This document shows, piece by piece, positions 52,101 to 63,877 of a stretch of DNA of 64,000 bases (its first letter is position 1; each line of letters opens with the position of its first letter). The notes below the pieces were generated by a model. That model searched no databases. It worked only from the letters and a program-made list of their open reading frames with translations, and was not told where the DNA came from. The DNA is from Squalus acanthias. Its lineage: Eukaryota. A program made the position numbers and the translations under genes. Location of the stretch: assembly GCA_030390025.1 (NCBI GenBank), contig CM059432.1:90584001-90648000 (forward strand), in the 5' to 3' direction.

Positions 52101-52446
52101 AATTGGGTAGCCAAGATTACCTCACGATTTTCAATTGCTGGCCACCCATTTTTCAGGCAAGAAATGAGAGGTGAACAGTTGAAAATCTCCCCCATTGAGC
52201 AGTGAATCCACTAGACTCCTTGGGCTCTCTCAACTTCATCCATAACTCTTTCAGCACTATTCATGAATTATAAATGTTGCCCATTTTTGCTCCTATGCTT
52301 TACAGTGTCAGCATTAAATTTCATCTGCCATTGTTCGGCCCACTCATATATTTTGTAGAGCTCGTTATGCGATTTCTGGGCTGCTTCCTTTGATTCTAAT
52401 GTCCTTTTGAGTTTGATATCATCTGAAAATTTTACCAATTCACATT

Positions 52447-53772
52447 GGCCTGGATTTTGCGATCGGAATAATGGTGAGGCTATCAGCGCACATCGTTATT
52501 ATGGAGTAAATCAGACAGCAACTTACGGCGTCCACACATGCGCAGTATAAACACGGCAATCAGGAAGTTGCTGTCCGATTTGCCCTGCTCCTCCACAAGC
52601 TTTGCTACACCGGTACCTCGCCGAGAGATTCAGCATTAAAATATATGAAGGGTGTGAATTTACGGTACTTGCCCACTAGTTACCCACTAAACATGCCAGA
52701 AAATTCAGGTGTAAGTGAATTTTTGATGGCGTGATAAGCCTTAATTACTGGCAAACTACCTCTCTGGCACTGAAAATTTAATTTGACAAGTGTGGAGACA
52801 TTCCTTCAGATTTTAATTATTGTTGGAGATTTTTAAAACATTATAAAAGAAAAAATTCTTTCTGTCTCTTTTATCTCGCTTTCTTAATCCCAGCTTCTTT
52901 TCCTTCTCTTTAATTCACTTTCTGTACATGATTTTACATAGAATTAAATATTCTAATTTATACTTCCTGGTTTAGACCCTCTGGGGGAATTTTCACCCCA
53001 AAAACGGGTGGTTTGGGTCGGGTGGGATGTAAAAATGTTAACAATCTCAAAACCTAACCCAACACGCCCACTTCCAGTTTTGACGGGGGGGGAGGGGGAG
53101 TGGTGGTGGGCGAGCAACATGCTCCTAGGAGGCAGGTTGCTTATTTAAATATTTGAATGAGGCTGCGTGCCTCAGATTATTTCTCCATTTTAGATTTTAC
53201 CCTGGCCGGCCGGGTTTCCTGGGCTGCGGGAAACCTGGCAGCTAAAGGGAGGCGAGGACTGCTGCGTGGAAGAGCTCAGTGTCCTTCCAGCATTGCTTGT
53301 GGGCCAGGAGGAGCTAACCTGCAGACCGCCCCCCCCCCCCCCCCGCTGCGATCGGACCCCTCCCGCCTGATCCGATTTTCCCCCACCCCCAGCCTTTTCA
53401 ATCCCTCCCTCCTCCGATGCCCGTCAGCCAACTAGCCTCTCAATCTGGTTAAACTCGGCAGGACCTGGGGGGAACCCGTTCTTCTGTGTTTCCAGAATGC
53501 AAATGTCCCTCTCGCTCCGTCCCTGCCTCCCTGTTAATATCAGGGCCTGCGTGTCTCAGTGAGGATTCTTCAATCTGATTGGATGACGAGCTACGTTGTT
53601 GCTTGGCCTGCTCACACACACGCCACAGATCCCTTGTAGAGGGCATTATGTTTAAAAGGATCTCTAATAACCATAAGTTGCCATGCAAAAGCCTACAAAA
53701 AGTTTGTGGGCAGCTGTAACCATAATGAATGTGGCGTACTGTTCCTTCGCCACTGGCCGCAAAATCCAGGCC
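52447..53772. mobile_element. MITE family A copy (reverse orientation) with a nested GC-rich insertion from ~52983
   Basis: Perfect 15-bp TIR ggcctggattttgcg/cgcaaaatccaggcc; flanks att/aat; sits in a decayed minus-strand CR1 RT (~52300-52445, ~53775-54370). Confidence 0.8.
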
Positions 53773-55337
53773 AATGAGTTTCAGCATGCAAGTCATTAAT
53801 TGGAAACAGTAGTGGTCCCAATCTTGACCCTCCAACCTGCAGCCTGACATGACCCCTAAACGAATAGCCACTGTTTTCTACCCTTCAGCCAATTTCTTGT
53901 CCATACCCAAGTTTTACCATGAATCTCACAGCTTTGAGCTTAATTGATAATCTCTTGTATGGAACTTTACCAAATGCCTTTTGGAAGTCTAAGTATAGAA
54001 CACAGTTTACCACAGTCTACTTGGGTTGTCACTTTCTCAAAGAAATCAAGCAGGTTGGTCAGGCACAGTTTTTGCCGTCTAAAGCCATGTTGACTGCTGT
54101 TTACTAATTATAGATAATTCTTCAATTTATTCCATTACTTTGCACAGAATTGAAGACTAATGGGTCTGCAGTTACCTGTGTCTGTTTTGTGACTTGTTTT
54201 GAATAGGGGCACCACATTAGCTTGTTTCAAACCTATTGATATCTCCCCGTGTCCATCGACACCCTCATAATAATTGTCAGTGTTTCACAAATTTCCTCGG
54301 TAGTCTTTAAACACTCCAGGATAGATAACATCTCCCCAGAGGATTTATTTGTTTTGAGCCTTTTCAGCTTGTTGGGTCTTTCAACTTATTCATACCGCAG
54401 ACTTGAATTATGTTCTGGTACTCTCTTTTGGGGAGGGTCTGTTGTTCATGTCTTCCTTCAGAATATTTTTCTATGTTTCTATATTTACTATCTCATGCTC
54501 ATCATCAAGCCCATTGCATCTTTTAATACTTTCACCTCTTCTCAGACAGTCCTTTTGCTATTGTAGTACTGAGAAATCACCCCCATTTATTTTAAGACAG
54601 AAAAATTGTGGGCTGGCCAATACACAAGCAGAAAATTCCAGCTGTACTGTTTTACAAGAATTGCAAGTGTGAGGAACATCATGAATGAAGAATAAATGTA
54701 ATTTTCTTACCTTTAGTCTTTTTTGGATTAAATGATATACGTAACATATTCTTCACTCTTTTCCTTGTTTGGGCAAAAGTGCAACCTCAAAAGTATCACA
54801 AAAGATAGCCACCCTTAGAGATTTTCCAATTTGTATGCTGACTTTACCATGCTATTTGGATGATAACTCTATTTGAAATTTGAAGAACAGTATACGTAAT
54901 GGTACATAATCTACCTTTACTGGTAGCTGCAGTTTTTATCCCTTGTGGCTTCACAAGAAATGCAGCTTGTCTGAAAATGTCTAATCATAAATAGACACGC
55001 CATGAGGGAGAGTTCAGCTCATTTTAATATTCATTTCAATGTCACAGAAACAGGAACACTTTCACTGACACATTACAAGGTTTTATTTTCATATACTGGC
55101 ATATAACCATCTGAAACCATGGAAGGTGCTTCAACCTCGTCAAACAAATCTGATTGCTTATTAATGGAGATGTAAAACAGCAGACAGGTACACACACTTC
55201 ATCACAGAGTCTGAACTTTGACGACTCTTCTTGTTTCATTACAAAACATGATTCTGCTGTTGAAGAGACAGTCTATTGTAGAAGAACACAGCATTTCAAG
55301 AGTGACTCTAGAAGGCTGATTGTGATTGGCTTTGTAT

Positions 55338-55797
55338 AAAGAAAGAAAGAAAGACTTGCATTTATATAGTACCTTTCACGACCACCGGACGTCTCAAAGC
55401 ACTTTACAGCCAATTAAGTACTTTTGAAGTACTGTTGTAATGTGGGAAACGCGGCAGCCAATTTGCGCACAGCAAGATCCCACAAACAGCAATGTGAAAA
55501 TGACCAGATAATCTGTTTTTTTTGTTATGTTGGTTGAGGGAGAAATATTGGCCAGGACACCGGGGATGACTCCCCTACTCTTCTTCGAAATAGTGCCATG
55601 GGATCTTTTACGTCCACCTGAGAGAGCAGATGGGGCCTCGGTTTAACGTCTCATCCGAAAGACGGCACCTCCGACAGCGCAGCACTCCCTCAGCACTGCA
55701 CTGGATTGTCAGCCTAGCTTTATGTGCGCAAGTCCCTGGAGTGGGACTTGAATTCACAACCTTCTGACTCAGGCGAGTGGGCTACCAAATGAGCCAC
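55338..55797 (-). mobile_element. Full-length DeuSINE (SacSINE1-like); partial second copy at ~55805-55990
   Basis: Minus strand: tRNA-like head (tggctcatttgg; gaattcaagtcc), Deu-like core gccgtctttcggatgagacgttaaaccgaggcccc, tail ending (tttc)n. Confidence 0.8.
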
Positions 55798-56219
55798 GTT
55801 GCAAAGCGTTTTACAGCCAATGAAGTACTTTTGAAGTGGAGTCACGTAATGTGGGAAACGCGGCAGCCAATTTGCGCAAAGCAAGCTCCCACAAACAGCA
55901 AGCTCCCACAAACAGCAATGTGAAAATGACCAGATAATCTGTTTTTTTTGTTTTGTTGGTTGAGGGAGAAATATTGGCCGGAACACCGGAGAAATAAGGA
56001 AACAAATTCTTGATTTTTGTACTTTCCACATATTCTTTGTAAAGCTTCAGTGAATGGCAGTTTAAATTTTATGATACTAAATAAAGTTGGGATAATGTGG
56101 GGATTACATGATGTGTATTTATAGAATCATAGACTGTACAGCACAGTTAACAGGCCTTTGGCCTATCAATTCTTTGCTGATCTATTTCTCCATGAAACCA
56201 GCGATGGATGACCAAAAAA

Positions 56220-56810
56220 TTGATTAAAATAGAGAAAATAGAATATGAGAGTAAACCAGCAAGAAATGTAAACAAAAAATTGTAAGAGCTTCTACAAGTA
56301 TATAAAAAGGAAGAGAGTAGCAAAAATAAGCATTGGTCCCTTAGAGGCTGAGACAGGGGAAATTATAATGGGGAATAAGGAGAGGGCAGAGACTTTAATC
56401 AAATATTTTCTCTCTGTCTTCACAGTAGAAGACACAAAAAGCATACCAAAAATAATGGGGACCCAAGGGGCTAATGAGATTGAGGAACTTAAAGTAATTA
56501 ATATCAGTAGAGAAAATGTACTTGAGAAACTAATGGGACTAAAAGCTGACAAATCGCCATGGCCTGATGGCTTACATCCTAGAATTCTAAAAGAGGTGGA
56601 GGCAGAGATAGTGGATGCATTGGTGGTGATCTTCCAAAATACCCTAGATTCCAGAACGGTCCCAGCGGATTGGAAAGTAGCAAATGTAACCTCGCTATTC
56701 AAGAAAGGAGGGAGAGAGAAAACAGGTCAGTTAGCCTGACATCAGTCGTCGGGAAAATGCTGGAATCCATTATTAAGGAAGTGGTAACAGGGCACTTAGG
56801 AAATCATAAT
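56220..56810 (+). mobile_element. CR1 ORF2 fragment; continues at 60545-61440 after inserted DNA and a deletion
   Basis: KSPWPDGLHPRILKE, VPADWKVANVTSLFKKG, VSLTSVVGKMLESII. Confidence 0.85.
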
Positions 56811-59800
56811 GGCCTGGAATTTGCGGTCAGCACACTCCGCAGAAGGATCTCGCAATCCCTGTGTCGAGAAGGTCGGGTATGCCGACCTTCAATTCAATTT
56901 AATGGACTGTAGTGGGGATTCCCTTGGTCGAACTGCTGTGATGTCAACAGGCTGTCTAAGCAGCCAATCAAAAGGCAGAATTCTCACACAGCGAACAAGG
57001 AAGTGAGTAAGCTCTTAAAATTCTAACTTTTTTAAATAGTAAGAGCAAAACAAAAATTGGGGCTCTCACATGGGGAAAAGGCAAACCTGAAATAAAGATG
57101 GACAAACTTTTAAAAAAAGTTCGTTAAAATGTTTTATTTTTATTAAAATGGACAGATTTCACACTGCACAAAATTAGAATTAGTTTTCCAGGCCTTTGAC
57201 ATTTGTTTAGCAGTCAATACGCTGTTAAAACCCCAGTTACACCTTTGGGTCTAACTGTTAGTGGGGAATTTAACAGCGTACTTACTGCGGAAGAGCCGAA
57301 GGTCTTGTCAGTTTTAATGATTGATGAGATTTCACTGATTGCCAGCTCTGTGGGTGGGGTGGGGGGGGCGGGGTGGCAGGGCACAGCCCCGCCAATTTCT
57401 GCGCTGTCATTGACAGACCGCAACCTCGGGATTTCCGCATGCGCCAAACGACAGGACAGGTTGTTAAGGCTGTTAACAGGTTGTTAACTGCCTGGTTAAT
57501 CGTATTTTAAAGGGCTGATCATATTTTCGCGGTTTTTCAAGATGCTGCCCGCCTTCATCAAAACACGCCTGGTGAATGGAGACGTGTTCACCTCGGACCT
57601 CAATAGTTGACAGCTGCTCGAGCAGCTTTAAAGCGGTCCTGCAATGCCTCATTCTTTCACATGCCACAACTTAGTGGCTTGAGGTTTGGGAGACATTTTG
57701 GTGTTCAATTAAGCTTGTGAGATTAGAGTCTGACATCCATCTGCTGTGTCAGCTCCTTGGAACACCCTCTGGCTACTTTGGCACTTTTTCCGCTCACAAC
57801 CTCCATTCCTTGACTGAGATATCTACCAGCGGTATGGGCTCCATTTATTTCCTCTCATCGTGGTCATCATAATCGGAGGAGCAACAGCTGCGTGGCTCAG
57901 CGCAGAGCTTCCTCGGAAGAAGAGGAGGAGGACGAGGAAGAAGAGGAGGAGGAGGAGGAAGAAGAGGAGGAGGAGGTGCGCCTTGCGGGCCCTTTTGTGA
58001 CCAATGCAGCATCCCTCCAGTTCACTGCTGTCCGTCAAGCAAGGGATGCACTCTGCCATGCCACATTTGCATAAGCTCACTCTTCAACCATGTGTGGCTA
58101 CCATATGGCTCTCTAATTGTAGGCGGCCTTCCTCCAATGTCATACATCATCTCTGCTATAACTGGTTCTTTCCTATCAGTTTCACCATCATCATTACAAA
58201 TGCAAGTCGCCCTGAGCCCTCAATGCACATTTGCCATTTCCCAGAACACATAGGCCACACATTCAACTGTTTGCCATCGCTTTTGTTTACTACATTGACA
58301 AAAGGATCACAATGCAAACTCTTAAGTAGAAGCAGAAAAATCATGACAAAACAGCCAAGTGAGTCCCCTTGTGACTATTTGTGCTTTATCTTCCTCTTAC
58401 GTGTGTTTCTACGTAGTGATTCCCCTGTGGCTTGAGCAGATGTAGAGGCACCTTGCTCATTTGGATGCTGCGCCTGCTTAGACGCCTTTGGCGGGCGTCC
58501 TCTGGGTTTGGGAGCCTGGGAGGGCTCTGCAACAGTCTGCTCTTCCTGTGGCTGTGCAGGGGCTGAAATGGCCATCTCAGTTGGGTCTGCAAAGTGGGTC
58601 TCTGAGCGAGGGCTTCGCAGTGGCAGGGTCATGTGTGCACTTGGAGAGCTTGTTGGCTGCCACCAACATCCCTCTCATGGGTCAGCTGCACCTTAGTGCT
58701 AGCAAGTGGCTGGAGAGCACCTTGCTGCACATCATGGGTGGCCATGAGGACCCGTAACTGTACTGGCAGTCTTCATAACAAGGACGTCCATGAAGCTCTG
58801 GTGTCTCTGCTCAATAGCTGCCCATCTCTCCTCCAGAGAAATCAATCTATTTTGAACAGTCACCATGTTTTCGTTACTCTGGCGACTTATGTCCTCCATG
58901 GAGGTTGCCATCCTATCCATGGAGTTACGTTCATGCGCCATTGCCTCCACAAAGGCAGTACTCATGTTAGAGATAGACTCCTCCATTCTCTGCACACTCA
59001 TACTTACCCTGGAGGCAAACCCTTCCAGAAACTCTTGCACTTGTTCCTGGAGTTTCCGAACCGCTCTCTTTCTGGATGGCCCCAGAGGCACAGTGTCTGC
59101 ATGCAGCTGAGCAGAGCTAGGAGAGTTCTGCGACCTCCGATGAGGACTCTCCACTGCTGTCGCTGTCTCCACCATCTGCTGATGCTCACTTGTGAGCCGT
59201 GATACACCAGGTGACAGCACTACTCTAAGTCGCGAGGGCCCTGCCGAGGTGGGCGTTTCTGCGCTGGTGCTGGGTGCGCTGAGTCCTGGTGACGCTGCTC
59301 CCTCAGAGGCTGCAGGTTCCTCTGAGGAGTCGTCTGGCTCTTCCTCCTGGACAGTGGGGAGGTGGGTGCTCGATGGTTCTGTGGGAGAGTAAAGGCATGA
59401 GTTAGACATCTGATTTTGATGTAGCAGACACATCCTTTTGTGCAGATGATACAAAGGAAATCTCTATGAACATCATATGCTATTGTAGTCAATCATGAAA
59501 TCTAAATGAGAGGGATGAAACTCTATTCTGTCACCGTCTTCGTCTAGTGGGCCCGTCTCTCCATCGCCCACTTCCAGATCCTCGCCACCTCCGACGATTT
59601 TGTGCGCTGCCTCCTCAGCACTTGTCAATGTTGCAAAGGTTGGTGTGCCTCCTCCTGTCTGTGCTCTCTCCCTCTTATTGTGGGCCATCTTTTCCTGCAA
59701 GGTGGGACACAAGCAGAGTTTCAACCACAGTGATGGAGTGTGTGTGAAAAATCCCTAACTTAGAAGCTTAGAGGGAGACCAAGATGGAGTGAGGTGCCAA

Positions 59801-60543
59801 GAGGAAGCGAGCTCCCTGTGCGTTGTTCGTTGTTGTCAATGCATAACAATGAGAGCGAGTGTGAGGGGTGCATAGGCAGGATGGTGAAGTGATTCAGTAC
59901 AGAGAGAGAGATGGATAGGTAAGGGTGCAAGGGAAGTAAGGGTAAGGTGGATGTGAAGGAGCATGCTTACAAAGCAGAGTGCTGGTGATGAGAAGAGAAG
60001 GGAAGCAGATTGAAGGTAAGTGTGATGTGATACTCACTTTTGATGATCGCAGATGATCATTAAAGCATTTCCTGCACTGGATCCATGTGCATGAAAAAAC
60101 GGACCTTGCGCTGACCTCCTCAGCAATGCGCAGCCAGGCTGCCTTGGTATGCTGAGGAGGCTTCCTCCGGCTATCTGGAGGGAAGAGAATCTCCCTGCGC
60201 CCTCTTACTGCCTCAACAAGAGGTTGGAGGGACTCCTCATTGAAGCGTGGAGCTGCCTTACCTCTGGAAGCACTCATTCTTGCTCTCACACATGCACAAA
60301 CCAGCAGAATCAAGAACTGAAAGGCTGAGGCTGCATGGGACCATTAAAAGCATCTGCAATAATGACATCATCAGAGGCGGCTAACAGACCCGATCCCAGT
60401 CTTTGGACCCGCCAGCTCGCCCCAATGAACTTAGCAAGGCAAGTGAATAAAAATTTCAAAACCAGAGCGAATCCAGCCGGCAGCGGCTCCGGACCCCGCC
60501 CACCACGCAACCCGACTCCAAGCCGCCTCCTGAAATAAGCCTC
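56811..60543. mobile_element. Harbinger derivative or composite: transposase almost entirely deleted, Myb/SANT gene retained
   Basis: Left end ggcctggaatttgc; 57892-58074 matches only the acidic C-terminus of the 35234-36462 transposase (RASSEEEE...ARDAL); the facing minus-strand gene parallels 36742-38658. Confidence 0.7.
58375..60277 (-). pseudogene. Harbinger Myb/SANT-like gene, exons 60277-60038, 59694-59535 and 59378-58375; one lesion near 58732
   Basis: MSASRGKAAPRFNEESL...KAAWLRIAEEV...TWIQCRKCFND; donors gtgagt and gtgaca; acceptors ccttgcag and ctcccacag; exon phases 0 and 1 join in frame; C-terminus KPRGRPPK...RKRKIKHK. Confidence 0.85.
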
Positions 60544-60655
60544 AGAGAGTTAGCATGCAGGAACAGCAAGCAATTAGGAAGGCAAATGGCATGTTAGCCT
60601 TTATTACAAGGGGGTTGGAGTGTAAGAGTCAGGAAGTCTTGCTATAATTGTACAA

Positions 60656-60866
60656 AAGTGAGAAGTCGCACAACACCAGGTTATAGTCCAACAGCTTTAT
60701 TTGAAATCACAAGCTTTCGGAGCGCTGCTCCTTCATCAGACTTCACCTGACGAAGGAGCAGCGCTCCGAAAGCTTGTGATTTCAAATAAAGCTGTTGGAC
60801 TATAACCTGGTGTTGTGCGACTTCTCACTTTTGTCCACCCCAGTCCAACACCGGCATCGCCACATC
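60656..60866 (+). mobile_element. ~210-bp palindromic non-coding element with hammerhead cores on both strands (family 2)
   Basis: 12-bp TSD ataattgtacaa (60644-60655, 60867-60878); arms 60652-60739 and 60747-60834 are reverse complements with one mismatch. Confidence 0.88.
60743..60779 (+). ncRNA. Minimal hammerhead ribozyme motif, family 2
   Basis: tcac ctgacga a ggagc agc gctcc gaaa gc tt gtga: stem I UCAC/GUGA, stem II GGAGC/GCUCC, palindromic AGCU; predicted cleavage after U60775. Confidence 0.8.
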
Positions 60867-61460
60867 ATAATTGTACAAGGCATTGGTGAGACCACGCCTG
60901 AAGTACTGTGCACAGTTTTTGTCTCTTTATCTGAGGAAGGACATACTTGCCTTGGAGGCAGTATAACGAAGGTTCACAAGATTGATTCCTGGGATGAGAG
61001 TCTTGTCCTATGAGGAGAGATTAAGTAGACTGGGCCTATAGTCTCTGGAGTTTTGAAGAATGAGAGGTGATCTCATTGAAACATACAAGATTCTGAAGGG
61101 GATTGACAGGGTAGATGCTGAGAGGTTGTTTCCCCTGGCTGGAGAGTCTAGAACTAGGGGGCATAGTCTCAGGATAAGGGGTCGGCCATTTAAGACTGAG
61201 ACGAGGAGGAATTTCTTCACTCAGAGGGTTGTGAATCTTTGGAATTCTCCAGCCCAATGGGCTGTGGATGCTGAATTGTTGAAATAGATAGTTTTTGGAC
61301 TATGGGGGAATTAAGGTATATTTGGATCGGGCAAGAAAGTGGAGTTGAGGTCAAAGATCAGCCATGATCTTATTGAATGGCAGAGCAGGCTCGAGCGGCC
61401 GTATGGCCTACTCCTGCTCCTGCTCCTACTTCTTATGTTCTTAATCCTACTCTTCTGCTC

Positions 61461-61890
61461 ACATAGAAACATAGAATCTAGGAGCAGGAGTAGGCCATTC
61501 GGCCCGTCGAGCCTGCTCCACCATTCAATACGATCATGGCTGATCATCCAAATCCAGTACCCTGTCCCTGCTTTAATCCCCACAGTACACATATCCCACC
61601 CTACCCCCGTAACCCCACGTATTTAATTCCCCCTAACATATCCCATCCTATCCCCATAACCCCACATATTTAATTCCCCCCTAACACTAAGGGTCAATTT
61701 ATCATAGCCAAATCAACCTAACCCGCACATTTTTGGACTGTGGGAGGAAACCGGAGCACCCGGAGGAAACCCACGCAGACACGGGGAGAATGTGCAAACT
61801 CCACACAGACAGTCACCCGAGGTCAGATTCGAACCCGGGTCCCTGGCGTTGTGAGGCACCAGTGCTAACCACTATGCCACCGTGTTGCCC
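61461..61890 (-). mobile_element. V-SINE (HE1-like): tRNA head, V-domain, CR1-derived tail
   Basis: Head with A box tggcatagtgg and B box ggttcgaatc; core gtgtggagtttgcacattctccccgtgtctgcgtgggtttcctccgggtgctccggtttcctcccaca; tail matches the adjacent CR1 tail. Confidence 0.88.
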
Positions 61891-61894
61891 AAAC

Positions 61895-62215
61895 ACTTTA
61901 AATAGAATGGATTGGAGGGACCTATTTCCCTTAGCTGAGAGGTCAATAACCAGGGGGCATAGATTTAAAGTAATTGGTAGAAGGATTAGAGGGGAGTTGA
62001 GGAGAATGTTTTTCACCCAGATGGTGGTGGGGGTCTGGAGCTCACTGTCTGAAAGGGTGGTAGAGGCAGAAACCCTCAGCACATTTAAAAAGTACTTGGA
62101 TATGCGCTTGAAATGCCGTAACCTACAAGGCTGCGGACCAAGAGCTGGAAAGTGGGATTAAGCACAGATACGATGGGCCAAATGGCCTCCTTTTGTGCTG
62201 TAAATTTCTATGATC
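61895..62215 (+). mobile_element. CR1 3' fragment
   Basis: LFPLAERSITRGHRFKV...FFTQMVVGVWSSL...GKWD; tail gggccaaatggcctcc. Confidence 0.8.
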
Positions 62216-62518
62216 CTCTAATTCTATGAATTTAATACTCCTGGTTTTCAAGCAACTGTCAAAATCCATTTTAGAACAATTTGTAAACACCTCCAGCAGT
62301 GTCTTCCTTTCCTGCCTCTTCACAGTTACCTCCGGAGTTCCCCAAAGATCTGTACTGGCCCCTCCCCTTCCTCATCTACATCCTGTGCCTTGGTGATATC
62401 ATCCAAAGATATGCGGTCAATTTCTACATGTATGCTGATGACACCAAGCTCTACCTCTCCACCACCTCTCTCCCTGTCTCTCTTGATCCCTGCACTGCCT
62501 CCGTGTTGTCAGACTGCT

Positions 62519-62945
62519 GGGGGGAGAACTTGGATAAGACATGAAAATGGGTACAGGGATCGCAGTGCATGATTAACTTGCACCCGTTCATAGCGTTGCA
62601 GGCACAATGTGCTGCCTGCTCTTTTAAATGATTTCTGCGTGTAGCCAGTGCTAGCCATGCTGTTCATCACGATATCGTGAGTGTCTAACTCCACTTAAAG
62701 GCAGCCTGCACCTCTTAAAGAGGAGGTGCATTGTGGCTGCAACAAATGGTGGGAGTTTTTTCAAAACTGAATCAGTGCTGTGATACTTTAAGAAATGACT
62801 AAACATGCGAGAGAGCGCGCACCAGGGTTTTCAGGCAATGCACTGGAGACCTTGGTGGAAGACGTTGAAAGGAAGAGAGATGTCCTGTATCCACAGGGGG
62901 ACCGGAGGCCCTCCAGGCACATGCTCAGGAGGCAATGGGAAGATA
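62519..62945. mobile_element. Truncated Harbinger end with the start of a Myb/SANT exon (62795-~62945, +)
   Basis: MTKHARERAPGFSGNALETLVEDVERKRDVLYPQG; upstream ttaaaggcagcctgcacctcttaaag is shared with ~45380-45405. Confidence 0.7.
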
Positions 62946-63114
62946 CCTGGTATGGTAGCATAGTGGTTATGTCACTGGGCTAGTAATCCAGAGGCCTGGA
63001 TGAATGATCCAGTGTAGTTCAAATTCCACCACGGCAGCTGGGGAATGTAAATTCAGTGAAATGGCATAGCAAGCAATTCAGTTGTACAAAACTGCTATGG
63101 AAAACAATAATAAT

Positions 63115-63877
63115 GGCCCAGAAATTGGACTTGGAGGCTTGCCGCAGGGGTAAGGATCGCGCGCGATCTTACCTACCGCGCCTGCCTTTATGTTTCGGGC
63201 CCACACGAACTTCGGGTCCCGGGCCTCTCCCTGGTGCCGGCACGCAGTGTGTGCGTGTCCCAGAGGCGCAGTTAGTTCGATGCGACCTCTGGGATCACGT
63301 GGGACATGGAGAGCCAATGGCAGCACACCATCTTTCATTCATAGTTTTGACAGGAGAACTGTCAAAACTATGAATACAAATTGCCCCCAAAAGAACAGCT
63401 AAACCTCAAATAAATTTAAAAAAACCCATCACATTAATAAAATAACTATAGTTAAATAAATTAACCACTTTAAACAAAAATTTAAATTTTTGAAAAAATT
63501 TAAATTCTTTTTAAAAGTTATAAAAATAAACTTACCTTTCTTTAAAGTCTCTAAAAAAGATAAACTTGTTGAAAAAAATTTAAAATAATACTTAATTAAC
63601 TACTTACCTTGTTAAAAGGGGGTCTTATGCCTCCTTTCTTCATGTGTAAAATCTTCAATACTTACCTTCGCGTTGAAACCTGAAAAAAAACCTAAGTGTG
63701 CTGCGTGCGCACAGCCTGTAGTGCGCACGCGGTTCACTTAGGAACCGCCCCCTTAGCAATATCGAAAGTGCCGGTTTCCCGCGCATGCGCAGTGCATGCA
63801 GGAAACCGGCACTTCGGGACTGAATACGCGAGAGTACACAGTTCGTACTCTCCCGTATTCAGCCGAAGTTTTGGGCC
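63115..63877. mobile_element. MITE family C copy
   Basis: TIR ggcccagaaatt / aagttttgggcc; AAT duplication at 63112-63114 and 63878-63880. Confidence 0.82.

Larger units (their letters stand above)
60545..61443 (+). mobile_element. CR1 3' part with tail
   Basis: RGDLIETYKILKGIDRVD...RTRGHSLRI...FFTQRVVNLWNS; tail tggcctactcctgctcct...ttcttatgttctta. Confidence 0.88.

Noticed and set aside
61815..61890. tRNA gene
   Set aside because: The A/B boxes run directly into a V-SINE core; it is a SINE head, as are those at ~55740-55797 and ~62950-63040
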